Translations under genes and position numbers: made by a program
Part shown: positions 13,641 through 29,855 of the stretch, one piece after another
Layout of the letters: each line of letters begins with the position of its first letter
How positions within the stretch are numbered: the first letter of the stretch is position 1
Origin: Pelomyxa schiedti
Lineage: Eukaryota; Protista; Evosea
Direction of reading: 5' to 3'
NCBI GenBank assembly: GCA_020536535.1
Contig: JAHLWZ010000197.1
Span: 1 to 64,000, forward strand
DNA: 64,000 bases
The notes under the pieces: generated by a model
The model's input: the letters and a program-made list of their open reading frames with translations, nothing else
Told to the model about the DNA's origin: nothing
Databases searched by the model: none

Positions 13641-15231
13641 ATTCCAAATGCAACTGTGGAAGTTGATGATGAAGAGTTCCTCCACCAAAAAGAAGCCAGC
13701 ACCGAGTTTCCAACCCAGGCCAAAATCCAAACAACCACTATTGTTCACCCAACTGGGAATGACAGATATGGGATTGGGAGGAATGAATGGTGGCCACTAT
13801 GGTGGGTTATTTGGTTTGTGTGCTTTGTTTGTTTTGGGTTGTTATGTGTGTGTGGCTTGATGGAGGTTTGGCAGTTCTGGTACCATACCAGTATCTTGTG
13901 CTGGAAATGCTGACCATCCATCATCCACTGCCCCAACGTGTCTGAATCCAGTCTCTTCCTTGGTTTCATACCCAGGCTTTTCCAGTCTGGGAAAGAAAAA
14001 ACGAATTTGAAGGGAGTTGGTGCAACAAATGGGATGGGGATTCCAGAAAAAAAAAAACAGTAACAAGATGCTATGAAGACAATTAATACATTTTAGACCC
14101 TGAGCCTATTGATGACCCTTCAGCTATTGCAATTACTAACAACAAGATGGGAAACTCACTGCAATAGCTAAGCAACACCCTCCCACTTTTTTTTTTCACA
14201 CAACCTCCCACCACTTTTTTTTGCAAAAAAGTACACTTCAAGACAGTACTGTCCTTCAACACCACAATGGGCATGTTTTCCCAGCTCTGAATTATTTTAA
14301 AGAGGATTGTCTCAGAAAACAAGAGTGCCACCATGGACACCCATGTCTAGAGTGTGCACCATGGGTGTCTACAGTGTGTTTTGCTTTGCTTGGTCACTCT
14401 GTTTTTACACAACATGCCTGTTGTCTTTCTTGTCCTTATCTTCCTTCTCCATGTTTCAGGAGGCCTGTGTTTTGTGTGATTGGGGACCCCATTGAGTGAG
14501 GCTGCCTTACACCCCAAAAACAGAGGAGTTTGCGGATTTACAACATGGTTAATTACAAGCACCACCACCTGTAAGAATAACACATAAGCAATTACAGCTG
14601 GTTGATTATTTTATCTTTGGCACTTTTAAACCGAGCAAGGTTCTGAAAGGAATGGAGAATAACCAAAGATGCCAGCCAGTAGTTTGATTGCACACTGACA
14701 ACTCTTCTGAATGGTGGTATCTTCCACAGTTGATTCTGAGGAGGCTCTAGTATCATCAATGAATGCTCTCCACAGCATTTGTCAGAGAGCTTGGGAAACT
14801 TAGTTCAGGACATTCAGAGGAATGGCTGGAGCATTCATTCTAATGGCTTTTCCTTGAATCCCCCACCATTGTACCACAGAAAGATTGTAAATAGGAATAA
14901 TAACAAAAATAATTCTTCTTGATAGACACACACACAACTCAAATGGGAACAAGAGTCTTATCACATTCCCCACTGATGTCAGATCATCTTCACCACCCAT
15001 TACACAGATGTCATGGTGTAAACCCCATGGGATTTGGAACTGTGCCCACGTTCTTCCCATCACTCCCAAGCGGATCTAGAGCCTCCTCCTTGTATTCTGC
15101 CTTCGCCCCTTGGAATGCTCCGAGGTTTTGTGTCTAAAAGGCAACACCAATGATGGGGCTGCTTGTTCCGAAATTTTTTCGCCTCTGATCACTCTTCAGC
15201 GAAAGTCAGCTCTTTTGGGTTCCTTTTTTCC

Positions 15232-17336
15232 ATGTCGCTCGGTCCGGCTTATGGGCGAGGCCTTCTCAAAGGGGACGGCGACCATCTCAACGTCGCAATT
15301 GAACTGAAGACCACCACTGTGACTCTGCACACAAGGGGCGAGCAGGGAGACGCAGGGGATTCAACAACATCGCCACAGCCGAGTGACGGTACCAACAGCA
15401 ACGATCCCACAATAGCCCCAAGTCCGAGCGGCAGTGCCCACAAAACAGACCCCGAAAGTGTGGTGGGAGGGGAGGAGAAGGACGGAGGGGGAGGAGGCAA
15501 CACGGTGGCAGGGGGGGATGCTCGACCGCCTCGGGGTCAGAGGCCGAGCGGTTCCTCGATGTTTTCCGCTGTGGCCAACTTTAGCAACACTATTTTGGGA
15601 GCTGGGATGCTGGGAATCCCGTTTGCTTTTGCACAGTTGGGTCTCATTCCTGGAATAATGTACGTACCATCTTTTCCTAGTAGCATGCATATGCTTTTTT
15701 TTTTTAAAGAAGTATTTTGTACTCATTCTGGACAGATTACTGGTTGTGTTTGGTGGGTTGTCATTATCTGGACTTCATTTACTCTCGTGTTGTGGAAATA
15801 AGAATGAGCAGCACATGCAAGAAGGCAGCACCTTAAGTGAAGTCAACTACTACTCTGTTGCTTTTATGGTCAGTTTTCATTTTTGTTTGATAAATACCGA
15901 ATGGTGCCATTTTCTGTTCCAATTGATAATATCTAGATCATTTTAAGGTGCATAGAAGATTGCCAATTGTTGTTGACCTTGCAGTTGCGATCAAGTGCCT
16001 TGGAGTCCTGATATCTTACCTTATTATTGCCAGTACTTTTTCGTTATTTTTATTGCCAGTCTAAGTAACGGAAAAGGTGATCTACTTCCTGCTATTATCG
16101 CCAATATCTGGAGTGACAGTCCTTCTTTCCTTCAAGATTACCGCTTCTGGCAGCCAGTTGTCTGGGCGTTTGCCATGGCTCCACTGTCTTTTTTAAAAAA
16201 GATTGATTCCCTGAAATATGCCTCGTAAGTTTCAAGCTTGAATCAGAACATAAGCTAATCTCCCCTCAGTGTAGGCGCCCTCATATCTGTCCTTTACCTG
16301 GTTGCGTTGACTACTACTATTTTCTTCATGAAATCAGTCGAGGGTGACCCAATAGAGCTATTCACTCTTTCCATAAAAGCTGTTGCTGTTATCCCAATAT
16401 TTGTGTTTGCTTATACGTGCCATCAAAATGTATTCCAGCTATCCACCCTCAGCGGGTTTTCCATTAATATCTCTCCAGTTATTTACAATCTTCTCTGAGT
16501 TAGGATATGATCGATATAGGAGGGTCAACATTGCAATACTTACTTCTATTACCTTTGCTGGAGGTTTGTAGACACAGATTGCATACGTTTTTTCCATCTC
16601 AGAACCTCCTAGCAATGTACATTACAATTGGTTCCATGGGGTATTCTACAATTGGCCCTGGTGTAAAATCCAATGTAATAAACAGCTGTATGTCTGTTTC
16701 TTCTTTTTACCGAGTCTTTTCTCTGAAAATATCCTAGATCCCACTGACATGCCAGCTGTCACTGTGGCAAGAGTATTCATAGTATTCTTGGTTACCTTGT
16801 CATATCCAGTTTCGTGCTTACCTCACTCTTCAATATCCTCACCTTTCTTTCAGTTGCTTCTGCATCCTTCTCGCAAGTGCTTCGATTCATTGTTTTTCAG
16901 TAGCAAGCCCGCAACATGGTGGCCAAGGCTCAGGCATCTGATTATCACTGTAGCTCTTCTTATGACCAGTTTTTTGATTGCTTTCTTCTTCAGAAAGCTG
17001 GATGTTGTATGTTTGTCAACATGATTTTCCTTAGTGTTCACCACGCCAGGTACTTGGTCTCGTTGGAGCCACAGGAGGAACCCTCATCTGCTTCATCTTG
17101 CCTGGATCATTCTACTTGTTTGTAGTCTTCATATCACTTTATCACTGACACCAATTAGCCGGCTCCATCCACTACCTCGATTCCATTTCCGGCGTATCAT
17201 GGCATTTCTATTGGCACTCTTTGGTGTTATTATGGCATTAGTTTGTGTTACCACAATTTTGGTCAACGAGTTCTTCTTCAAAAGACAACCCACACCAACC
17301 AACTCCACGTCTCTTTCTTCATTCAGTGCCACATAA
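15232..17336 (+). CDS. Amino acid/auxin permease (AAAP, SLC38/AVT-like) transporter, multi-exon
   Basis: NFSNTILGAGMLGIPFAF, PLSFLKKIDSLKYAS, FAYTCHQN, LVGATGG motifs. Confidence 0.93.
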
Positions 17337-17430
17337 AATAGCACCATACATACTGTCTCTATTTATTCTAAAATTTTCGAGTTTTCTATTCTGTCTTTGA
17401 ATGAAAGTCAAAGAAATTTTTTTATTTCCA

Positions 17431-19815
17431 CTAGGAGCGGGATACAAGTTTACGTGTGAGGTTTCTTGTTCCCAGAATGCGAATGACAGAGGAATCAGGC
17501 CCTCCAATGTGATCATCTTTCTTCATCACTCTAATCTCAACCTTGGTCGGAGCTACTGACTTTGTTTCCGCGGTGGAGGTAACTGCCGATTCTGCATACA
17601 CATATTCGCCATCAACAAGGCCCAGGAACTTGACTGTGTCAAACAGCATGCCTACAGTGCAACCCTGCCGCATCACGACGCATTCTCGGAGTCCTGGGGC
17701 TGTGAGTGTGGCTGCGGATACTGGGTCACACCCAATGGGAGCAAAGGTCTCAAAGTCACAGATGGGGTAGGCAACACATGGAGGCCGGAGTGATATGGCT
17801 GCAGTGAGTGCTTTTCCAACTCCGGTGGAGAGGGGTGCTGTTGCTGGGATAGTTGAGGTTGCGGTTGCGGAGGTTGTTGGGGATGTGGGTTGTGTAATTC
17901 CAAGAACGGTCATCAGTTGCGGACAGAATATTCTTACAAGCCGGTGAACTTCCTCAAGCTGTTTGGGTCCCTCTGGTATTCCGGAAGCTGTTGCTGCTGC
18001 CAGGGCCAGTCTATTGACTGAAGCATTGGGAGTGGAACCTGTTGTGGTGAGCCGAGCTTTCAAGTTTGCTATAAGTAAGTCGGCCAAAGCACAGACTTCC
18101 TCACATCTCTCATGTGGATAAGCTACTTTAACGCGGGCAATGTTGGCTGCTGAACTGGGTCGATCGCACTTGTTCAGTGCCACTAAAATGGGAAATCTAA
18201 CTCTCAGGAAGTGCGCAACAATGCTGTGCAGATGAGAGGCTGTCCACTCCGTAATTGGAAGTCCGTTGAGTTGCATCAAATGAGTGTTTACCCCAGCGCG
18301 TTGCAGGGAATAGTTCACCATAGCACGGTCCGCATCATAACCTGATTCCTGATTAAATAAAAAAAGCGGGAACAAAAGTGTCTTACCCGAGAACATATCC
18401 ATTAGCTTCTGAGGTTTCCTCACAATGGCAGACCATTTGGCGCAAACATTTTGAAAGATCCACAGATGTAGCTCTTCCCGTACCCAAGCAATGTCTTTTA
18501 CAGGATCACCTTCGGCGTCAGGACTGAACCTCCCTTCCGAATCTACAAAGAGAACAAATAAAATATGGAGAAGAGAAGGAATATGAGATGGACTGCGAGC
18601 TAAGCATAAGAACCTTGCCCGTCTCTCCAGAGGAATCAACAACATGAATCAGAACGTCAGCACGTCGTACATCATTAAGGAACTGATTTCCTCGTCCTCT
18701 TCCCTTGTAGGCACCAGGTACCAAGCCTGCTACATCCGTAAAAGACACTGGTATATATCGCATTCCAGGTGGGGCACCACCATTGGCCGCACCGATTTGC
18801 TCTGCATAACATGATAATGACCTGGCACCAGCTCTTTTTAGACTTTCACACATGCATTGAACAGCAACTGCTCCAGGTGAATTATTTGGGGTGATTGTAG
18901 TAAATGGGTGAGCAGCCATTTTGGCAGACTTCCCTATTGTATGAACAGGGTCATTTGGGCCAACTGAATCGATCAATTTTGCAGAAGCATTGAATAATGT
19001 GCTTTTCCCAGAAGATGGTTTTCCCACGAAGCCAATCACATAGTTCCAAGTACCGTGTTCTGGACCACCCATTGATTGCAGACTTACATCAGATACAGTG
19101 TGGTCCGCAGCCGCAGCAGAAGCTTCTGTAATTGCAGCCGAGAAATCAGCATCTTGTATTTCCCACCAACGTGTCTGTGTCGGGTTCTTTTTTTCAAAAC
19201 CACAAGGACCTTGTTAGTTATGAAGAACGAAAAAATAGGGAGGGGACTCTCCACTTACAGGGGGGGCATTAGCAGAATCCGGCGACGGAGCAGAAGCTAC
19301 AGTAGAACCACTTTCCAGAGGTTGAGAATTCAAGCTCCCGGGAATCCCCTGAGACTGAGGCTGAGATGCCGCCGATCCCACAGCCCCAGTCTCCGACGTA
19401 GACGATGAAGACGACGCTTGCTGCTGAGGAGACGGCGGAGAGGCCAGCCACTCCTGAACGGCGGAAACGAGCTCGAATATGATGGGCTCGTCCGACGCGC
19501 GCGAGGAGCGCAGAGACGCGAGCTGGGATTTCGCGAAGGCTTCGAGCTGTACGTCCGACTGCGTAAGGCGGTCGGTTCGTACGGCGACCGCTGGCGCTGG
19601 CTTGGACGCCGAAGAATACTGCTGCGGGATTCTGAATACCAACAACAGACGAGGAGACACCCGAATGCTGCGTTTGGTGTTGTCGAGTTACTATGGGGGT
19701 TGGTCGGGAAAAGAAAAACACACCTAAAGCAATATTTGTAGGGCTTGGTGGCTTCCAGGGGCGTAAAGTCGTCACCGTAAATGGCCGGCAGTACCTCTTC
19801 CACTTCGGATTGCAT
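17431..19815 (-). CDS. RWD domain fused to an Obg-family (YchF/YGR210-type) GTPase with a C-terminal TGS-like domain
   Basis: N-terminus QSEVEEVLPAIYGDDF...RIPQQY...EPIIFELVSAVQEWL (RWD); GFVGKPSSGKST, HPFTTI, DVAGLVPGAYKGRGRGNQFL, LNKCD; exons are joined in frame. Confidence 0.88.
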
Positions 19816-19922
19816 TGGACCAGGATTAGGAAAAAAAGCGAAGTCCGTGATTTCGTTGAAACCAGCGTGATCAGGAAGATCCTCCGCTCGAATTACCAAC
19901 TGCAAGGTTTGTTTTTACTGGG

Positions 19923-23191
<3,269 letters not shown>

Positions 23192-23442
23192 TTTTTTCCT
23201 GTTTGTTCAGCGGTGACCTTTATATCGTTTTTCGTGGAAATCCAAAAAAACCCAAAGAACTGTTCGTTTCTTTCCTTTCAGAGATCGGTACTTGTTTTCT
23301 CCTGATTTGTAAAAGCCGACATTCAAATGAGGTCAAGGCACAAGGGATAACAACCAGGAAAAGAAAAAGGAGTAAAAAAAGAGGAGTGCCTGTATTTAAG
23401 TATATTTTTGCAAGTGCCCTGAACTCTCTGCCTTCCTCTGTT

Positions 23443-26400
23443 CTAGAAGGAAGGTTCTCCAATGCGGGGGTTGACAATGGTGCTGTCCCACTGCTCTTTG
23501 TTTACGCGGTAGTCTTCTTTGAACTCTTCAATACCCTGGAAGAGGCCCTCACAGCTGGGGCGAAGGTCTTGATCCTTGACAATACACTGCCGGATCATGG
23601 CGGCCTGATTTTGATGTTACAAAGCTTGTTGTAGTGGATTTATTTAATACCAGTGGTGGAGGAGTAGAGGGAGGGATAGTTGGCCTCAGTCCTTGCTTGG
23701 CTGTCTTGATAATAATTTGATAGTCCATCTTCAGTTCGGGAAACTCCTAAGCTTACATTAGACTTGTCCCAACTCCCGAAATTTAGAATGATACCGCATA
23801 TGGTCTTTGATATTTTTGGTTAATGCACCGGTAAACAAGTTCCCACAGGAGGATGCCAATGCTCTACGAGAAGTGAGGCCCAAGAAAACTGTATTAAGTG
23901 AACTCACAAAAACATCAGATTTGGCTGTATATCTGGCGCCGAAATACACTTCAGGTGCTTTGTGTGGTAAGGATAAATTTAAGGCATTTTCTCTCAACCT
24001 GCGTATGCATAAGTGCCTCGAAGTCTTTGAAGAGTTTTCATGTTACTTCCAGTATCAAATCGACTGAGACCTATTTGAATTATTGGGAAAAGACGGACTG
24101 CTTTGAGTAGCATACCAAAGTCGCAAACCTAATACAAGGTTTGTTTAAAGGCCTATGAGAGAGGAAGGAAACCTTGACGTGCCACTCTTTTGTAACAAGG
24201 AGATTAAGTGACTTCAAGTCTCGGTGCAGGATCTGTGGATCATGAGAATGAAGAGCTCTCATTCCCATGAGCAACTGTGATGCAAAATGGAACACTTGCG
24301 GCCAGGCAATCTCAGCAACGCCTTTGCTGTTTTGGTTGTTAATTTCCTTTCAATAGTTTGTGGATTGAAGAACCTCAACACATCATAAAGACTGCCTCTA
24401 GCACAGAACTCCATGACCATGCACAGCTTATCACCCACAGCTTTGTCTGCCATGATGGCACCAAAAAGTTTGACAATGTGAGGAGAGCTTATAGAGCTAT
24501 AAAACAAAAAGTTAGTACCAAAGGTTGATAAGTAATTGTAACCTAATGATATCGAATTCTTGCTTGAACTCTTCGATTTCTTTGGTAGCACCAGCTTTTA
24601 AAACCTAAGGATTGGGATTTGTGGGAGAAGGTATGTGCTTTGCGGTTACCTTGATGGCCACAACGTGATTTTTGTACAAGCCTCTGTACACCTTACCTGA
24701 ATAAGATAAATGTAAGGTTTGGTGAGATGCATAGAAACAATACCGGCGGCACCCTGCCCGAGAAGTTCTGTGAACTCCACTTCACCTTCGGTGATCAACC
24801 ACTGCTTAGTACCGGCTATAAGGGATGAATGGAAGAAAGCAGCAAGAAGGAGGGTTTAAACATGTTAGAGAATTCCTGAAATCAGAAGCGTCTGCCGGTC
24901 TGGTTGGTTCTGCAGCCTCAACCGCAGCAGTAGATGGATCCACATCAGCTGGAAAAAAATTGGTTCAACTCAAGTGTGGGTAGCAAAGTACTTAGTTTCT
25001 TAAATTCCTGAACAAGTCGGAGACGAAGACCAGCAGGTTGTATATCTAGCTTTTGTAAAGCCTGCAAAAGTTAATGCTTATTAATTCTTGCATGAAAATT
25101 ACAGGTTCAGTGAGTTCACGAAGTTTCCATTTGAAAAGATTGCTTTTTATCAGAATGTTCTTCACATTTGTCAACTGGTCCGCATATTCAGGAATCGGGA
25201 GTGTATCCACATATTGAGCGAGGTCTTATTTGACTGTTATAAATGATACCACAACTACATTACAACCTTGATACTCTGTAAGTTTTTGAAGTACAGGTGC
25301 AAATGATAGTGTCCTGCACAAGTCCATTGCGGTTCTCCCTTTGTCATCCTGTAAAAGACGTGGTTGAAAGGAGTTCTTATATATGGAATTCATGTAGTTG
25401 TCGAAAATGTACCAGTGCCGTGAGTAAGCTGGCGTCACCTTGGATCAGAATGGACACCAAGTCCGTTCTGCAAAAATACATAGAATAATGCAACGCTGTT
25501 CCCCCTCGAAGTGCTGCAGCGTTCACTTGGGCACCATTGGCAATTAAGTGTTCCACGAGCATGATACGAATACTGTTGTTGAAGACTGCCTGTTGAAAGT
25601 GAGTGTGAGGACGCTTCGGGACAGTAACCTTGTGAAGGGGCGTTTCATGTTGCTTATTCCTGGCATTGACATCAGCTCTTTTAGCAATCAAAAGATTGAA
25701 AGCTTCCTCGAAGTTGGGGTTTCGGAAAAACTGGCAGAACGCATGGAGAGCAGTGTTAGAGTCAACGTTTGTTATGTCCGCACGAACAGCTGTGTTACAA
25801 GAGGGTTCAGTGAAGCAAGTGCTGGGGAGTGAAAATTCTACCTGGGTGTGACAACAATGTTAAGATGATGTGCTCGTTTTCCCAAGCAGCACAAGCCCTG
25901 TGCAAAGGTGTATCGCCTCTGGGGAGCAAAAAACAAAACGGAAAAAAGACAAATGGAACAAATGCGAATAAATTAAGAAAAGGGGCAGAATAAGAAAGGA
26001 ACGTTACCGTTTATCTTGTGCATTAGGATCGATTTTAGGATTTTCAAGGCAGTTCATGATAGTAAGTAAATCACGGTGCTTAACAGCTCGGAAAAGAGGA
26101 TTCTGTGAATAATGAGAACTCTTTGAGGGGAAGAATACCCAAAAACCTTGGGTTTTGCCCCCTTCTTTGGCACGTGTGCATCCTTGGTCTTTCTTGGGAA
26201 TAAATACAAGCGCAAATGAAGCTCTCCACTAGCTTTGTCACCCTACTGGTGAGTTGATGACATGCATCTGAAATTAACGAAATACCTCTGCCAAAGCCTC
26301 AAGGGCGTACCACTTATCATGAAGGGTGTTGTAGGGTTGCAAGCTGCTGACTGGAATATGAACAATGCCCAAATGGTCATCTTCAAGATTTAAGACTTGA

Positions 26401-26913
26401 AGAATTGCCAGCATTGTGTCATACCTTTTAAAATCATGGCGTGGTCAAAAATTTCACAAACAATTTCAGTGGTTTCTCTTGCAATCAAACTGAAGGGAAG
26501 TTGAAAAGTTGGAATGTGCAACCAAACAGTCATACAATTTGAATCGGGCATCCTCAAAGCGTGGGCTCTGTTGATTTGGTTATTTGTTTGTGAGCGTAGT
26601 CAAATAGGAAAAGACCAAAGTATGCCTAGCAGTTTTTGTCTTTTTTTTCTTGCCTCCAACAGTTACAACCACCTACGCACAATCACAAATTCCCAATAAA
26701 GCTTTTTGAGGAGATTTACATAGGGGTCACTGACACCTGTGGGATCCGCAGGAACTAGGCCCTTTGCCTCCACAACTGCGAAAAGGAAAGAAAAAAAACC
26801 AAGCAAAGGAGACAGTGTTGGTACCAACACAAACAACCAAGAGTAGCGGGGAAAGGGAAAAAAAAAAAAATACTTTCGATGAGCAGAGTTTCACAGTCTT
26901 CTGCCGTCGCCAT
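23443..26913 (-). CDS. C2 + ankyrin + SAM-like + tyrosine-kinase-like (TKL) protein kinase
   Basis: C2 VVEAKGLVPADPTGVSDPY; ankyrin NKQHETPLH, GGTALHY; kinase GQGAAGKVY, VAIK, HRDLKSLNLL, DFG, APE. Confidence 0.92.
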
Positions 26914-27376
26914 CAGAGAGGACAAGGCTCTTGCACTGTGTCGTGTCGTTACGACGGCAAAGGGGAAAAAAACAAAGAAACGGTTGTGTGTCGATCGCAC
27001 CTTTTTTATTTTTATTTTATTTTTTTGACTTTTTTTTCCTTGCAAGATGCCAGTGTTCTACTAATTTTAGGGGTAATACATCGGTTCCCGGCGTTTCTTC
27101 CAACACCCCTTGCTTTGTGCCAGTTCCCATTGTGATCCCTCGGAATTGAATCTCAAATCACTCGAATGGTGACGTTTGTTGTCAGCTGTAAAGAAACCTT
27201 CGAATTTTTGGCATTAGTTCCCTGCACTTCGTGTCACGCACAACAGACGTAGACATTTCAGCATTTTACAAAAAAACCGAACCCTGGGACACGAGACGTA
27301 TGTGTGGCTGAGAAAGTATAGTTACCAAAGAAAACAACAAGGAGCCAAGTACACTGCTGTTCATTGACAGGCGGGC

Positions 27377-28642
27377 ATGGCAAGTGTGACATCACGCGCC
27401 GATTGGATGGGAAGAAACCGCGCCGCCCTGGCCGCACAACAACTGGTATCCACATCGCTACCAGGGACACACGACTCAGGAACCGCCACACTGCGTGAGA
27501 CGAACGAGCTTGCACCACCTTACGACAAAGTGGGGATATTTGCGCGCCCGACGGTTGCTTCTTGGTCAAAAACACAACAGTATGGCATCTTTGGTATGTA
27601 TTCAATGCATACTATAAAAAGTTGTGATGGATGGGAGGTTCCTTACACTTGCATGGCAGACCAACTGGAGAGAGGCGTGCGCTATCTCGATCTGAGGTTG
27701 GCGTGGAGACCACTTCTAAGGAGTGCCGTGGTTGTTCATGGGATGTACGGCGACCCACTTGTATCTGTTTTGCGGGATATTAAAGCCTTTATTGCAAAAT
27801 ATCAGTGGGAGATTGTGGTACCTTCTCGTTTCTGTGTCTCTTTCTAGAACTAACAAAATAGCAAGATTTTGGACATGAACCATCTATATGACTTCACCAG
27901 TGATGGGCACGCTCGCACGGTGCAACTTATAGAAAGTGAACTCGGAAATCTTCTCATAGAAAGGACCACTTGCTCTTGTCCACACACTCATATCCAAGGT
28001 GGCTTTCCAGGAATGTGCATGACATTCGGGAGTTTGTGGGCAACACCTCACAGAGTACTCGCTGTGTATGCTGACTCCTCAACAGCATTATCTCATCCGC
28101 AACTCTGGCCGGCAGAGGTGGTGTGCTCACCTTGGCCTCGTACTACTGATGTCAAGAAACTCCTCAAGTACCTCGATGTGCAATGTCAAACAAGAATATT
28201 CTTCAATGCAATTGGGGCTGCACCACATCCATGCCCTTTGGACTCTTCTGAGACAACTAGTGGGACATCCACTACAGCCAGCGGTTCTCCACTCACTATA
28301 TCCCCAGTGTCATCGACTGTGGAAGGCAAGTCGTCACATCAACTTCATGTGCTCCAAGGTGTTCTCACCCCAGACACGTGGATGGTTATTGGAGCGATGC
28401 TGCAGGGGGCGGATGTTGAATCCATTGAAGGGACTCCACGCAAGGTTCGCTCCCTTGAAGAAATGGCTACTGTTCTTAACCCAAGTGTCCTTTTGTGGCT
28501 GAAAAGACAAGGGTACATACTAATTCACGTTTCCCTGCCCGATCTCAATTTATTCAGGAAGGATGCGCCAATCAATATTGTTGAGATGGACTGGTTCACA
28601 ACAGAATTTATTGATACACTCATTCAACGAAATTTTCCCTAA
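27377..28642 (+). CDS. PI-PLC X-domain-containing protein (PLCXD-like)
   Basis: LPGTHDSG, WSKTQ, QLERGVRYLDLR, VHG, EIVILD motifs; 3 introns. Confidence 0.9.
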
Positions 28643-28769
28643 TAAGCCCAAGTATTGTTATGATTTCTTTTTCTTTTTTTCAAAAATAAAAAAATGTTAT
28701 GGTATCTGTATTGTAAGTGTTTGCGTCAGACTGAGGGTTAGTATCATGTTGTCAAAATACGAATGCTTC

Positions 28770-29790
28770 CTAGTGCCTTTTATTAGGGCAACCCCCGCAC
28801 CCTCCACCAGGGAACCCCCCACATGAAGCCTGCTGACCAGGACACCCTCCACAGCCTCCAAATGAGCCACAAGAACCAGGGAATCCACCACCGCAACCAT
28901 ATCCAGGGAATGCGGAGTTTCCAAAGTTGGGTGACCCACCACAGCTGGTTCTCCTTGGGCACCCCCCACTACAGCAGCCTCCCCTTCCCTGGGAGAATTC
29001 CGAGGCCAGCCTGGCTGCTTCTTGCTCTGCTTCTTGTTGTTTCCGGAGTTCTTCCGCGGCTTTCCGGGCTTTGGCGGCATCTTCTTCCTTCTTCACTCTG
29101 ATTGCCTCTTCAACTTTGTGTTTGGTAGCATCTGTGGATTCATCCCAGTCTAGCTGACACGCTTTCCTCAGATCGTCCAGAGATTGCTCGTACTTGTTCA
29201 ACTGGAAAAGTACCGTGCCTCTTGTCTTGAGGGCCCTGGTGCAGTTGCAATTGCACTTGATTGCGGCATCACAGTATCTCACAGCGGCTAATTTGGAACC
29301 GGCTGAACTTGCCAATGATCCCAGTTGCGCGTATACGCTGGCAATCAGTGCAATCATTCTGGGACCAAAACCCGCCGGTTGTGTGGTTCCCTCACACGTG
29401 TCTCTTACAGCACCCAATAGAACAGATATAGCCTCCTCAGTGTTTCCAGAAGAACCCATTGAAGCGGCACTCTCACGTGCATTGCGTATCGTCTCCTGTG
29501 CTACGAATTACATTTTAAGCGTGCTGTCTCGTAAAAAAGCAATAACCTCCATTCCGTACTCTCCATCGAGTGCATCGCCGTTCTCATCGCCAGGCGACTC
29601 GAGTGCAACCAAAATGCATTGTGGGAGCTCCACCGGGCCTGGGTCTCGCTCTTGGTCGCCGTCAAGAAGGCCGTGGTCTGGGTGAGTATTTTTGAGCATA
29701 GCACCAACAACATCACGGTAGCAACTCACCTCTCATGAAACATGCAAACTTCAGAAGTACGTCCATTCCCGTGTCACATGTGCTGTCCAT
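28770..29790 (-). CDS. Hsc70-interacting protein (Hip/ST13)-like TPR co-chaperone with a Gly/Cys-rich tail
   Basis: TPR AAVRYCDAAIKCN...RALKTRG...DLRKACQLDWDE followed by a charged coil and GGFPG repeats. Confidence 0.75.
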
Positions 29791-29855
29791 GGTTTCGTTC
29801 AAAGTGTTTCTTTTTACACGCAAAACAATAAATTTTGTTGATGGTGCGCCGCGGT

